IMG/VR virus record: IMGVR_UViG_3300026097_000029
Coordinates: 1-54,968 of that record
Length of the DNA stretch: 54,968 nt
Reading direction: 5' to 3' (one strand)
Source of the DNA: a virus
Lineage: Duplodnaviria; Caudoviricetes
In this document: piece after piece, positions 30,509 through 40,934 of the stretch
Layout of the letters: each line of letters begins with the position of its first letter
Position numbering within the stretch: the stretch's first letter is position 1
Notes under the pieces: generated by a model
The model's database searches: none
The model's input: only the letters and a program-made list of their open reading frames with translations
Told to the model about the DNA's origin: nothing
Program-made: the position numbers and the translations under genes

Positions 30509-32259
30509 TATTCTAAAGTATTTATTCTTAATCTATGTACGCCTGTCTCAACGCTACCTAAATAAGCCATATCAAAATCGTTAACTATTTCAACAACTCC
30601 TAAATAAGCATTTAATGTTTGCCCTGTTGCAGCTACAAATGTAATTGTTCCTATTGCTCCATCTGCTCTTTCGTAAGATGTGTCTGTGATATTTGTATCT
30701 ACTGTAACTGTTACATCGCTTGTTCCGTTGTCTATTAAAACTCTACGCCCATTTTGAGATAAACCACTTACTAAGTCTGATGTGTTTAAATTTATTACCG
30801 ATGCACTTAAATCTGCTGTTACTGTTGTTGTTTCAACGTCAGGTTTATTCTTAATAAAGTCATCAGCAGTATTGTCTGTTTGATTCCAATCAGACTGCAC
30901 ATTTACTTCTGCTCCAGCTTCAATGCCATTTAATTTATCTCTTTCAGATTGTAAAAACTTTCTAGTATTAACACCATCAGAAATATCGTCTAAAGTATCT
31001 GTAGGTTTTTGAAACTCATCTCCTGTAGCGTACTTGTTTGTAGTTCCTTCTGTTACAATATCGGTATCTAAAGCTATATTTTCAAAAAGACCATTAGCAT
31101 CTTTGTATCTTAAAATATCTCCTTCTGTAGGATTATTTATTTTAACACCTTCGTCTTTATTTATGTTTGAGCCTATTGAAGGTCTTACAAATATAACTCC
31201 TTGTGTTGCGTGAGAGTTTATTACCGCTGCAACTTGTACTATATTGTTTGGTGCTTGTGGTATGTTTGTTTGAAACTTTCCTATGTCTGTTGTAGATGCG
31301 TATAAAATATCTCCTTCCGAAAAAGAGCTTGTATTTAAACCTCTTATTCTACCAAACCATAAAACCTTACCTTCTTCTCCATTTGCTATATCTTCTGCTG
31401 TTACTCCCATAAATAAAGAGCTTACAAAACTTCCGTTTGCTAAAAAAGGCTCTATAAGTAATCTTCCACTTGCTCCTAAAGTTCCTGCAAATCTTACAGG
31501 TATTCCTTTTGCTATTGTAGCGTTAGATTGATTTTTTACAGGATAAAACACATCTCCGCCAATTACTTGTTTGTATCCATTAAGATACACTTCTAATGCC
31601 TTATCGTTTTCGTTAAAGAATGTTGTACCTTCTGTTGTAGGAGTGTTTGTTGGGGTAACATCAAACTTTACGTATCCTGCTTCTAAACCAAACTCTCCTA
31701 ATTCTACGTCTTGTGTTGCTCCTGTGTAAGGTACTTTTTCGTTTAAAGATGTTCTTGATATTATTTGTATATCGGCAGATGTAAGTGCAGTAGATTCTGT
31801 ACCAAAACTATTATTTACCGCTAAATCGTTCAACGTCCAAACTATAGAATATTCTCCGTATGTTGCCGAAAAAAAAGGTATTTCTGATTTTTCAAATACT
31901 ACATCTGGTTTTATAGTGTTTGTTGCTGCTGCACAAAAATCTTCTGCACCTAAAGATTGTAAATCAGTTAAAGGGTCTGTTATATCTACTCTTACAGGCT
32001 TGTTTGGAGTTTCTGAAACACTACCGCCACCACTAGATAAAACTACCCAATTATCTGAGTTAGTCCTATCTAAACCATTCCACTTATAATGCTCTTTACT
32101 TTCTTCTGAGTAAACAATAATACCTTCATAGATATTGTCTAACTGTGCTGAGTTTAATAAATCTGCATCGTTAATAACAACTTCTCTGTCGTCTGGTGGT
32201 GTTGGGTTTTGTATCTTAAAACCGCCTGGTACATTAAATGCTCCGTTGTACTTTGCCAT
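30508..32259 (-). CDS. Tail fibre protein
   Basis: VPYTGATQDVELG, KLNGIEAGAEVNVQSDWNQTD...DFIKNKP fibre repeats. Confidence 0.75.
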   Translation of the reverse strand: MAKYNGAFNVPGGFKIQNPTPPDDREVVINDADLLNSAQLDNIYEGIIVYSEESKEHYKWNGLDRTNSDNWVVLSSGGGSVSETPNKPVRVDITDPLTDLQSLGAEDFCAAATNTIKPDVVFEKSEIPFFSATYGEYSIVWTLNDLAVNNSFGTESTALTSADIQIISRTSLNEKVPYTGATQDVELGEFGLEAGYVKFDVTPTNTPTTEGTTFFNENDKALEVYLNGYKQVIGGDVFYPVKNQSNATIAKGIPVRFAGTLGASGRLLIEPFLANGSFVSSLFMGVTAEDIANGEEGKVLWFGRIRGLNTSSFSEGDILYASTTDIGKFQTNIPQAPNNIVQVAAVINSHATQGVIFVRPSIGSNINKDEGVKINNPTEGDILRYKDANGLFENIALDTDIVTEGTTNKYATGDEFQKPTDTLDDISDGVNTRKFLQSERDKLNGIEAGAEVNVQSDWNQTDNTADDFIKNKPDVETTTVTADLSASVINLNTSDLVSGLSQNGRRVLIDNGTSDVTVTVDTNITDTSYERADGAIGTITFVAATGQTLNAYLGVVEIVNDFDMAYLGSVETGVHRLRINTLE

Positions 32260-32260
32260 A

Positions 32261-33679
32261 TTATTCTAATCTATATGTGAAAACACCTGTTGAAGTGTTA
32301 ATTATATATTGCGTTAAAGTAAGAGATGTTCCGTCTTGATACTCTACTGTTATTGCTTGCTCTGTATAAGCACTAGATGCTAAAGCAAATCCTGTTCCTG
32401 TCTCTATTATATCTGCCCCCGATTTAGTGCTTAAAAACACCCCATACTCTCCAGCAGGTACTGTTATTTGTGTAGTAGCACTTCCTTGAATTATTTTACT
32501 TAACGATGAGCTTAAGTTTGTGTAACTATTTCCATTAAACCCTGCATTAGTATTAGCTGAACCTTTCCATTGTGGTATAATAGATACTGCTGTTCTGCTT
32601 AATGACACGTTTCGTGTACTTAAATCTGATGAGTTTTGAAATGTTACTTGAAATGATTTAGATAGGTTACTAACTATGTTATTAAAAGTTTGGCTTCCGT
32701 TAGGGCTTAATGCCACATTATTTCCATCAAAAGTTGCAGAAACTATTGTATCGTCTCTCTCTGTTACTGCGTAATTAAAAGTTATGCTTACGCCACCTAT
32801 TAAGTTTCTCTCGAAAGTTGAAGGTGTCCTAGATAATGATATTGTTCCTTCTTCATAAACTAATTCTTTTAACCTAGAAACGTTATCTTCTGAAAACGCA
32901 AATGCTGGTAATGGTATTCTAGAAACTTCTGTTGCGTCTTTATTTAGTAATAAATCGTTAAGGTCTCTACCTAATAAATACTCTGGTATAGGGTCGCCTG
33001 TTTCAAAGCCTGTTTGGTCTACTAGGTTAAAGTCTGATAATGTTGTTTGTTGCTCTCCAAAACCTGTAAGACCGCTATTACCTTGATATAAATAAGACTC
33101 TACTTCTGAGTTAACTGTTACTGTAAAAACAGTAAACCCTTCTGACAAAGTTTGAATATCAATAGGTGGGTTTATGTTGTTTACTGCTTGAGATATGTTT
33201 AGCGGTTGTATTTCTCCTAAAGCTATTATATCTGTTGTAGAATCTTGCTCTATGTTTTCTACAACCAAAGGTTTGTCTGATATTACTTGTAGGTTTTGAG
33301 ATGTTATTTGAGTATCGTTTACTCCGTAAACACCTTTGCCTAAATTTTTTAATGCTATAACAAAAAAACGATTACCCCTATTTAACTTAAAGAAGTATAT
33401 ATCATTTGCTTCTATTGTTAATGACGGAGATAATGAATTTACTAAAGAAGCTGCTTCTTGCAATACTGTTTGTGTAGCACTAGGAGTTTCTATTGTTGGT
33501 AAGGTAAACGATTTAATTACATTATCTTGGTTTATTGTACCAAACTCTGATGCAATAAAGTCTTTTAAACCACCTACTGTATAGTTTTTGGTTTTATTAT
33601 TATCGTCTCCATCCGAGCCTAAAACAATATCGTTAATTGTTATATCGTTATCTCTTACGTATGTTAATATTTTAGCCAT
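32261..33679 (-). CDS. Fibre/structural protein
   Basis: Beta-rich, S/T-rich; N-terminus paralogous to 34418-36424. Confidence 0.6.
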   Translation of the reverse strand: MAKILTYVRDNDITINDIVLGSDGDDNNKTKNYTVGGLKDFIASEFGTINQDNVIKSFTLPTIETPSATQTVLQEAASLVNSLSPSLTIEANDIYFFKLNRGNRFFVIALKNLGKGVYGVNDTQITSQNLQVISDKPLVVENIEQDSTTDIIALGEIQPLNISQAVNNINPPIDIQTLSEGFTVFTVTVNSEVESYLYQGNSGLTGFGEQQTTLSDFNLVDQTGFETGDPIPEYLLGRDLNDLLLNKDATEVSRIPLPAFAFSEDNVSRLKELVYEEGTISLSRTPSTFERNLIGGVSITFNYAVTERDDTIVSATFDGNNVALSPNGSQTFNNIVSNLSKSFQVTFQNSSDLSTRNVSLSRTAVSIIPQWKGSANTNAGFNGNSYTNLSSSLSKIIQGSATTQITVPAGEYGVFLSTKSGADIIETGTGFALASSAYTEQAITVEYQDGTSLTLTQYIINTSTGVFTYRLE

Positions 33680-34414
33680 TTAATCGAAGCTTATAAATTG
33701 ATTTAAGTTAACAGTTACTCCTTTGCTTTCTAACTCATCTATAAAAGGTTGCATTGTTGGTGTTGCTAAAGAGTCGTGGTTTCCTAATATTTCAACTAAA
33801 CCATTTACCTGCCAAGTTGTTTCTGATAAATCTTCTAGTAAGTTAGTTACATCATTTTCACTCATTCCTGAGCCGCCTGTTGTTTTTATAGATAAGGTTT
33901 TCATCTGTGTAATCCAACTACGTCTATTGTACGTAGAGAAGTCTCCTGTTCCATTTATTTTGAATGACCTACAGTTGTAAGGTATATCTTCTACATTTAA
34001 GCTAAGGTTGTTATTGTTTACAATCTCTATTTTAGTTAACGAAGACGGTAAATCTTTTATGTCTCCTGATGTTAAACCGCCAGATGAGTTTTCTAACAAA
34101 ACTAACTCTTGTAGCTTGTTTAACGCACTAAGTTTGTCTAACGAAAATATAAAAGAGTTGTTTGTTGTTAACTTTAATACGCTATTTGATATTACATAAA
34201 GTTTAGAATCTAAATCGTTTTTATTAGTGTCAATATAATCTTGACCGCTTAATATTTTAGCTTTAGATACTCCATTGTCATAAACCGCATAGTAATCGCT
34301 AGAAACAAACTGTATGTTTAAAAAATCATCAAAATTAGACGTAGTATTGTCTTTTGTTAAAACAATAGTTTCGCTTTTTTCTGATATTGTATTTAGTAGC
34401 AGTTTATTAATCAT
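33680..34414 (-). CDS. LRR-like structural protein
   Basis: LNKLQELVL, GDIKDLPSSLTKIEI leucine-rich-repeat-like segments. Confidence 0.5.
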   Translation of the reverse strand: MINKLLLNTISEKSETIVLTKDNTTSNFDDFLNIQFVSSDYYAVYDNGVSKAKILSGQDYIDTNKNDLDSKLYVISNSVLKLTTNNSFIFSLDKLSALNKLQELVLLENSSGGLTSGDIKDLPSSLTKIEIVNNNNLSLNVEDIPYNCRSFKINGTGDFSTYNRRSWITQMKTLSIKTTGGSGMSENDVTNLLEDLSETTWQVNGLVEILGNHDSLATPTMQPFIDELESKGVTVNLNQFISFD

Positions 34415-34417
34415 TAA

Positions 34418-36424
34418 TTACTTTGTTATAACTTCTATGAATACGCTTTTTAAAATAGCGTCTGTGTTCTCAGAAAACTGAAACTTAATTGTGCCAGGAA
34501 AAACTATTTCTGCTGTTCGTTTAAGTGGTATTCTTCTAGATGCAACTAGCTTGTAATCATCAACAGTATTCATTACTATTCTTCCTAATCTATAGTCTTT
34601 GCTTGATGTCGAACCTATACCCGTAACTAGAGTTACTAAAAGCTCATTGTTTGCAGTAACATTAGTTGCTTCTATTTCTATTTCTATGTTTATAATATCT
34701 CCTATGCTAAGACCAGTAAAGTCTAAATCTCCTGTACTTGTGTTAAAAAAATCTGTTTTGCCACTTACTATTCTTTTAGTTGTATCTGGAGAAACGCCAT
34801 CTACTAAAAATGTGGTTGACGAATCGGCAACATAAGATGTTTGAGTTGTAGCGGAGTTTCCGTAATAGTAAGTGCCAACATCAACGCCTTGTGAACTCTT
34901 ACTTAATGTTACATCGTATCTGTTCGATGAATCGTTGTAGATAAAACTAGCTATTTGATTTGGCTCTAAAACAGTTTCGGTTAAGTTTGATACCGAAGAC
35001 AAAGTAATATTTGCAGGTGTATTGTTTTTAATAATATAACTTAATCCGTCTGTAGGGTTGTTTAGTGTTATAGTATCTACAAAATCTTTAGCTTCTATTA
35101 CTGAGTTGTGATACCTGTAGTCTACAGAAAAGTTTGTGTTGAAACTAAAATAATTTTCTTTTGCAGATATTAAATTAAACTTATTATCTGAGTATATCCA
35201 TTTTTGAAGAACATTAATTGCTTTAATAAGAACAAAAGCATAATCTCCTGACTCAGGAAAAGTTATGTTAGATAAGTCGTCTTTGTTTCCGTATGTACCC
35301 CTGTAAGATACAGAGCTATCTACATAATTTTCGTCTGCATAATTAGCATCGTTATTAAAAACAGAAACATCTGTGGGTATCGATACAGAAGGAACGTCAT
35401 CTAGTGTTATAAACTGAGAAACAGTATTATCGTAATTAGATAAATCTAAGTTTCTGAATCCATCGTAAATCTTAATTATATCACTTTTACTGTTGGTTAA
35501 TTGCGTACCACCTGTTCCGTATATCCCTTTACCACGAGTTATTATGTATAAGCAATTATATGCTACAGAAGTTGTAGGCACTCTAAAGTTTTGTGCAGAA
35601 ATTACTCCATAAAAATCTTGGTTTACTTCAAATTTAGGTAAAGCATTTACTGCTGCAACTACTGCATCAATCTCGTCTGCATCATTGTCGTAGTAATCTG
35701 AAGCTGTATTGACCGTTACAATACTTCCTTTTATATTTCTATCTTCTTCAAAAGCTAAGGTTTCTGAATTAGTAAACTCTGCAAAGTCTGAATCTGTAGA
35801 TTGAGTATCGTTTGCTCCGTAAACACCATTTGTTCCTACAAACAATGTAAAGTAGCTTACTGAGTCTTGTATGTAAGTGAATAAGTAGTTTGTATCAGGG
35901 TCTGTTAGGTTAACAGAAGGCACAAGACTATTTACTTCTTCGCTTACTGTTGTTCCTGTAATATCTCCTAAATCTATAGTTACTGTTAGCCCCAAACTAG
36001 AAATATCTTCTTGACTTGGTTTGCTAGCATTTAAAAGTATTAAGTCTTTAAATTCTAAGCTGTCTGATACAGGCTCGTAAACACCATTACCTAAAGGAAA
36101 TAAATAAACTATCTTAGCGTACTCTAACGTAGATTGTACTGCTCCTGATACATTTGTTGGTTTAAAAAACTGAAATATAACAGGTGTGTCTCCTACGTCT
36201 ACAGTAATATTTATTTCAGCAAGACTATCCGACATAGATTCGCCTTCTGTTAAAACAACGTTTACTACTTTAGGAATGCTATTTATTGCTTGCGATTGTA
36301 TAGATTGAATAATAGAATCTATCCTATAGTTAGATGTTTTGTTGTTTTCATTAGCTTGAGAGCCTATTAAAAGGTCATCTCCGCTAGGCGTTGTATCTAT
36401 GCTATATGTTGAAATTCTTGCCAT
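34418..36424 (-). CDS. Fibre/structural protein
   Basis: 668 aa; MARISTY...DDLLIGS N-terminus; IPTDVSVFNNDANY fibre repeat. Confidence 0.65.
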   Translation of the reverse strand: MARISTYSIDTTPSGDDLLIGSQANENNKTSNYRIDSIIQSIQSQAINSIPKVVNVVLTEGESMSDSLAEINITVDVGDTPVIFQFFKPTNVSGAVQSTLEYAKIVYLFPLGNGVYEPVSDSLEFKDLILLNASKPSQEDISSLGLTVTIDLGDITGTTVSEEVNSLVPSVNLTDPDTNYLFTYIQDSVSYFTLFVGTNGVYGANDTQSTDSDFAEFTNSETLAFEEDRNIKGSIVTVNTASDYYDNDADEIDAVVAAVNALPKFEVNQDFYGVISAQNFRVPTTSVAYNCLYIITRGKGIYGTGGTQLTNSKSDIIKIYDGFRNLDLSNYDNTVSQFITLDDVPSVSIPTDVSVFNNDANYADENYVDSSVSYRGTYGNKDDLSNITFPESGDYAFVLIKAINVLQKWIYSDNKFNLISAKENYFSFNTNFSVDYRYHNSVIEAKDFVDTITLNNPTDGLSYIIKNNTPANITLSSVSNLTETVLEPNQIASFIYNDSSNRYDVTLSKSSQGVDVGTYYYGNSATTQTSYVADSSTTFLVDGVSPDTTKRIVSGKTDFFNTSTGDLDFTGLSIGDIINIEIEIEATNVTANNELLVTLVTGIGSTSSKDYRLGRIVMNTVDDYKLVASRRIPLKRTAEIVFPGTIKFQFSENTDAILKSVFIEVITK

Positions 36425-36482
36425 AAATGAAAAATATTTTTAATAATACAAAGATAACAAATATTAATTTTAATTATTTTAC

Positions 36483-36490
36483 TAACTTTG
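36483..36490 (+). promoter_or_regulatory. Bacteroidota -7 promoter element for groEL
   Basis: TAACTTTG 26 nt upstream of the ATG; divergent TATCTTTG on the minus strand at 36449-36456. Confidence 0.65.
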
Positions 36491-36516
36491 AGCATTCAAT
36501 TTAAAAAAAATATAAA

Positions 36517-38100
36517 ATGAGTAACATTAAAGAAGTTCGTTTCGGCTTAGATGCTAGGTCTGAAATTTTAAAAGGAGTAAACACAGTAGCAGATGCTGTA
36601 AGCTCAACTATGGGTGCAAAGGGTAGAAACGTGTTAATTGAAACACAAGGCGGTTTACCTAAAATAACAAAAGACGGAGTTACCGTATCCAAAAATATTT
36701 TTTTAGAAAGCCCATTAGAATCTTTAGGTGCAGAAATTATTAAACAAGCTGCTGAGAAAACCGTAGAAGATTGTGGGGATAGTACAACTACTACTGTTGT
36801 ATTAGCTAGGGAGCTAATGAATTTAGCAGAAGTAGAAGTAGAGAAAGGTGCACACCCTATCTTACTTAAAGAAGGTATAAGTGATGCGGTTAAACAAGTT
36901 ACAAATCATTTAAAAAGCAAAGCATTAAGGCTTAAAAAAAGAGACTACAATAATGTAGCTAGAATATCTGCAAACAACGATAAAGAATTAGGAGACACAA
37001 TAGCTAAAGCATTTAAGTTGGCAGGAAAAAATGGCGTGGTTACTTACGAGCGTTCTATGGACGAAATTACATCTGTAAAGAAAAGCAATGGTTTAAAGAT
37101 TGACAGGGGTTTACTTAATCAGTACATGGTTACTGATGAGAAAACCAACCGAATGGAATTAGAGAATCCTTACATTTTTGTTTGTAATAAAAAAATAGAA
37201 TCATTCCAACAAATTATCCCTTTGTTTAAAAAATCTAAACAAGAAGATAAATGGATTTTGATTATAGGCGAAATGGAGCGAAGTGTAGCTAACCTATTTA
37301 CTGCTAACATTATAAAACACAAACTAAAAGTAAGATTTGTAGATGCTCCGTCTTTTGGGAGTAAACGTAATGCTTTAATGGAAGATATAGCTACTGCCAC
37401 AGGCTCTATCTTAGTAAAGAATGAAGGTACAGACAATATTGAATCTGTGTGTTTAGATTACTTAGGAACTGCAAAAGGATTTACTTGTTCGGACAAAGAA
37501 TCTTTTTTAGATGTAGACAAAGAAAGATATCAAGACGCTATTGATTTAAAAGTTAACGAGTTATTAGAATTAAAAAAGAACACTAAAAAAAGCATAGCAT
37601 CTAAGTTTTTAGATGAGCGTATTGCTAAGTTAAGCTGTTCTATTGCTACCATACAAGTAGGTGCTATATCTGATGTGGAGTTAGAAGAAAAAATAGACAG
37701 AGTAGACGATGCAGTTAACGCAACTCAATCGGCAATAGAAGAAGGTGTTTTAGTTGGTGGTGGTTTAGCGTTGTTTAATGCTAGCTACAAAGTTAGTTAT
37801 AGTAATGATAATCATAAAGATTATAAGTTAGGGTTTATGATAACCATAAACGCAATCAGGAAACCCATAAAGCAAATACTTACAAATGCAGGTGCTAATG
37901 TAGACGATGTTATTTCTGAAATAGAAAACAATCAAGACGAAAACATAGGATACGATGTGCTATCTAACAAAATGGTAAATATGCTTAAAGCAGGTATTAT
38001 TGACCCACATAAAGTAATACGATGTGCATTGCAAAACGCAGCAAGTGTTTCGCAAACATTTTTATTAACAGACACATCAATTAATATAAAAAGAGCGTAA
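36517..38100 (+). CDS. groEL: Chaperonin GroEL (phage-encoded)
   Basis: GVNTVADAVSSTMGAKGRNV, ITKDGVTV, GDSTTT, EEGVLVGGG, GIIDP. Confidence 0.95.
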   Translation: MSNIKEVRFGLDARSEILKGVNTVADAVSSTMGAKGRNVLIETQGGLPKITKDGVTVSKNIFLESPLESLGAEIIKQAAEKTVEDCGDSTTTTVVLARELMNLAEVEVEKGAHPILLKEGISDAVKQVTNHLKSKALRLKKRDYNNVARISANNDKELGDTIAKAFKLAGKNGVVTYERSMDEITSVKKSNGLKIDRGLLNQYMVTDEKTNRMELENPYIFVCNKKIESFQQIIPLFKKSKQEDKWILIIGEMERSVANLFTANIIKHKLKVRFVDAPSFGSKRNALMEDIATATGSILVKNEGTDNIESVCLDYLGTAKGFTCSDKESFLDVDKERYQDAIDLKVNELLELKKNTKKSIASKFLDERIAKLSCSIATIQVGAISDVELEEKIDRVDDAVNATQSAIEEGVLVGGGLALFNASYKVSYSNDNHKDYKLGFMITINAIRKPIKQILTNAGANVDDVISEIENNQDENIGYDVLSNKMVNMLKAGIIDPHKVIRCALQNAASVSQTFLLTDTSINIKRA

Positions 38101-38102
38101 TT

Positions 38103-38357
38103 ATGAAAGCAATGTTTCAAAAAGTGATTGTTGAAAAAATAGGAGAAGAAACAACAAACGATAGCGATTTTATTGTGTCTGACTATAAAAAAGAAAAGTT
38201 TTGTAAAGGTAAGGTGTTCTCGTCAGGCGATATGGCTACTGAGATACAAAAAGATGATATAGTTTGGTATGATAAAAACAGAGCATCAAATATAAATATA
38301 AATGGAAAAATGTTTGATGTTATGGATAAAATGAATATATTTGTAGTCGGTGATTGA
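38103..38357 (+). CDS. groES: Co-chaperonin GroES
   Basis: 84 aa immediately after groEL; KVIVEK...GKVFSSG...IQKDDIVWY pattern. Confidence 0.75.
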   Translation: MKAMFQKVIVEKIGEETTNDSDFIVSDYKKEKFCKGKVFSSGDMATEIQKDDIVWYDKNRASNININGKMFDVMDKMNIFVVGD

Positions 38358-38396
38358 TTATAGATTTTTCATGGTTTAGTTTTTTAATTGGTTAGT

Positions 38397-38433
38397 AAAA
38401 AAAACGCTCTCTAAATATAGGGAGCGTTTTTTT
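38397..38433. terminator. Bidirectional intrinsic terminator
   Basis: A8-CGCTC...GAGCG-T7 hairpin between convergent genes. Confidence 0.8.
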
Positions 38434-38454
38434 ATTGTTGATGTTAAGCTTAAA

Positions 38455-38634
38455 TTATTCTTTCTTAGACTTTACTTCTTCAGCATCTTTTACTTTTACT
38501 TCTTCTACTTTCTTTTTTGGTTTTAATAAAGCATCAATTTCTTTTTTAATAGATTGTAAAAGCTCTTTAGGCAACTGTTTAAAGTCAATGCTTTTTAGCT
38601 TTGTTTCTGCTTTTTTTAATTCTTGTAACTTCAT
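38455..38634 (-). CDS. Small basic hypothetical protein
   Basis: ATG 38634 downstream of TATCTTTG (38659-38666). Confidence 0.55.
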   Translation of the reverse strand: MKLQELKKAETKLKSIDFKQLPKELLQSIKKEIDALLKPKKKVEEVKVKDAEEVKSKKE

Positions 38635-38666
38635 AATGTATTTATTTTTGTTAATTAGCAAAGATA

Positions 38667-39431
38667 TTAAATTATATCTTTTATAGTTTGGTAAATCTCT
38701 TTAAAAGTGTGCTGGTTTAAATCAAACCTATCGTTATCGTCTTTGTTTAGTGCTACTTCGTGATGATATTCTCTTAATCTCTCGTTAAATAAATCTATCA
38801 TTTTAGCAAACTTCATATCCATATAGTTTCGCTTAGTAGGTTTAAACATCTCTCCATATGTAGGCATCTCATAACACAACAAAAGAGTTTTGTAATAGTT
38901 GGTTATTATCTTGCGTGTTTCTTTTGTTAAGTCGTACAATACTGCTCTACGCTTATCTAGCATATCTTCTTTGCTTAAATACTCTCTAATGTAACCTTTT
39001 TCTATAAGCTGAGATAGCCTACTTCTGTTCCACGTTAGTGCTTGAGAGAACTCTACAAAAAACTGCTTACTAAATGGCGGTTCAGAGTACAAGAAAAACA
39101 AGAACTCAAATTCTCGCTTGTTTATATCTGTAAAGAATGAGCGTCTAAAATAATAATCCACAAACATTCTGTATTTAAGGAAATCAAAGTCTCGTTCTTT
39201 AATAACCTTAATAAACATTTTTTGCTTGTCTTGTTCTTTAATGCGTTCTTCTTTACGCTCTTCTCTTCTTTTCTCTGCTTTCTTTTTGTTAGATAACTTT
39301 TGCCTACGAAGCCTGTAATACTTTGCTCGTTTCTTTTTTTGCTGTATCTGCTTTTTTTTTAGTTTATCTTCTCTAAAGGCTTTCGTGTATTCTTCAAAAG
39401 TATCGTAATTAGACGGTACAATTCTAGCCAT
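38667..39431 (-). CDS. Hypothetical protein, possible winged-helix DNA-binding domain
   Basis: Basic N-terminus; EFEFLFFLYSE...LSQLIEKGYI...LYDLT pattern. Confidence 0.5.
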   Translation of the reverse strand: MARIVPSNYDTFEEYTKAFREDKLKKKQIQQKKKRAKYYRLRRQKLSNKKKAEKRREERKEERIKEQDKQKMFIKVIKERDFDFLKYRMFVDYYFRRSFFTDINKREFEFLFFLYSEPPFSKQFFVEFSQALTWNRSRLSQLIEKGYIREYLSKEDMLDKRRAVLYDLTKETRKIITNYYKTLLLCYEMPTYGEMFKPTKRNYMDMKFAKMIDLFNERLREYHHEVALNKDDNDRFDLNQHTFKEIYQTIKDII

Positions 39432-39433
39432 AA

Positions 39434-39670
39434 TTAAAGTGTACTTAAAACAAGCATAATAAAAATAGACGCAGCACTAAGTATCATACCTAAATCTGTT
39501 TGTGGCATCTTTTTTAAACCAAAGAATACAACAACGGAGTAGTAAGATATTAAAGCTATTATAGTAAATCCTGCTGCTACATCTTCTCTAATAAAGTTCT
39601 TTAACAAAAGTAACAATGCGATTGTGGTTAATGGCATTGCGATTGTAATAAGTATTTGTTCTTTATTCAT
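39434..39670 (-). CDS. Small membrane protein
   Basis: Three hydrophobic segments in 78 aa. Confidence 0.55.
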   Translation of the reverse strand: MNKEQILITIAMPLTTIALLLLLKNFIREDVAAGFTIIALISYYSVVVFFGLKKMPQTDLGMILSAASIFIMLVLSTL

Positions 39671-40110
39671 TATCTATTTATTTTAAATTTAATTTTATAT
39701 TCTAAGTCTTTATTGGGTTTCTGTGAGCCACCAAACCAAAATGTAGTAGGTCTAAGACCGCTAAATTTAACAATCATACTAAAAGGCATATCGTTCTCTA
39801 AAGTGGCTAAGATGTCGTACTGAAAAGCGTAATCTTTTCTCCAATACCTAGCTATTTCAAATTTATTTATTTTAGAGTTGTATCTCCACACCAACATATC
39901 AGAATCTTTATGACCTTTCTTGCAACTATAAGCTAAGCTTGCTTTTCCTATAATCTTATTCCAATTAAGTTTGTTTTCTTCTAGCAAACAGTATTTAGAA
40001 TGATTGTTAAAACATACGCTTATTTGCAATCTAAACATAGAATAAAACAAGCCTAGTATTGTGTTTTTAATACTAGACAAGTGTTTATTACGTTTGTGTG
40101 TTACAATCAT
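39670..40110 (-). CDS. Hypothetical protein
   Basis: 146 aa, coupled stop/start with neighbours. Confidence 0.55.
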   Translation of the reverse strand: MIVTHKRNKHLSSIKNTILGLFYSMFRLQISVCFNNHSKYCLLEENKLNWNKIIGKASLAYSCKKGHKDSDMLVWRYNSKINKFEIARYWRKDYAFQYDILATLENDMPFSMIVKFSGLRPTTFWFGGSQKPNKDLEYKIKFKINR

Positions 40111-40412
40111 TACTTTTTCTTTCTTCCACCCCTTGCTCGTCTATCTCCTTCTGTATCAGATTTACTGCCACGATTAGCTTTTACGCTTTTAAGAATTAAA
40201 CCCTTACCTGTGTGGGATAAATCTTTTCCACCCTTTCCATCTATGCCACGCTTACGTCTTTCTTTAGTTAACTCGCTTCGTTTTTTACGTTGCTCTGGGC
40301 GTGCATTAATCTTAGTGTCGGTTTTCTTTTTCTTATCTCTAGCCTTTTTGTTGTTTCTGTAATACTTAGCGGAATCACTAAGCTCGCTATAAGGTTTCTT
40401 TTTTGGTGGCAT
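40110..40412 (-). CDS. Basic protein with degenerate HNH-like motif
   Basis: GKDLSHT...KANRG; highly Lys/Arg-rich. Confidence 0.55.
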   Translation of the reverse strand: MPPKKKPYSELSDSAKYYRNNKKARDKKKKTDTKINARPEQRKKRSELTKERRKRGIDGKGGKDLSHTGKGLILKSVKANRGSKSDTEGDRRARGGRKKK

Positions 40413-40419
40413 AATGTGT

Positions 40420-40656
40420 TTAGTAAATAATAGTTATAAAAATAGGTAAAATTACACCGTACAAGTAGTCAAGTGCAATCTCCTTTAAGTCGTTTTTACC
40501 GCCATTTACTCGCTGCATTACTTCCCAAAGGAATAACACAACCAATATAATAGATAAGGCTGTTATTTGGCTTATAAATAAGTCTAAAGCAATAAAGGCA
40601 AAAGTGCCAATAGTTAAGTGCTTTAGTTTATCGTGTGCTAGTAATTTACTTATCAT
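40420..40656 (-). CDS. Small membrane protein
   Basis: DKLKHL...WE...D pattern with hydrophobic helices. Confidence 0.6.
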   Translation of the reverse strand: MISKLLAHDKLKHLTIGTFAFIALDLFISQITALSIILVVLFLWEVMQRVNGGKNDLKEIALDYLYGVILPIFITIIY

Positions 40657-40934
40657 GAGAATGTGTGTTTAGGCGTTTTTACATCAACTTCATATTTGCT
40701 AAAATCAAAACTTTCGTCATCTGTTTTTAAATCAACTAAATAATTAGAACCATAAACTGCTTCTTTAATTACTTCGCCTTGCTCATTAAACTCGGCAGGC
40801 TCTAAAACTTCATAACCTAGCCAAACTAAAGTCAATCTTCTTTGGTCGTGTTTGCCTTCAGCATCTGTTATGCCTAAGCTATGTAAATGCTCAATAGCTT
40901 GCTCTTTGCTTTCGTATTTTAATTTGTATTCCAT
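40653..40934 (-). CDS. Hypothetical protein (fibre-associated)
   Basis: 93 aa ending TPKHTFS, coupled to the upstream fibre gene. Confidence 0.55.
   Translation of the reverse strand: MEYKLKYESKEQAIEHLHSLGITDAEGKHDQRRLTLVWLGYEVLEPAEFNEQGEVIKEAVYGSNYLVDLKTDDESFDFSKYEVDVKTPKHTFS

Noticed and set aside
2613-37436. Many short antisense ORFs in the ORF track
   Set aside because: They overlap long, motif-bearing genes on the opposite strand and have low-complexity Ser/Phe/Leu composition typical of shadow frames.
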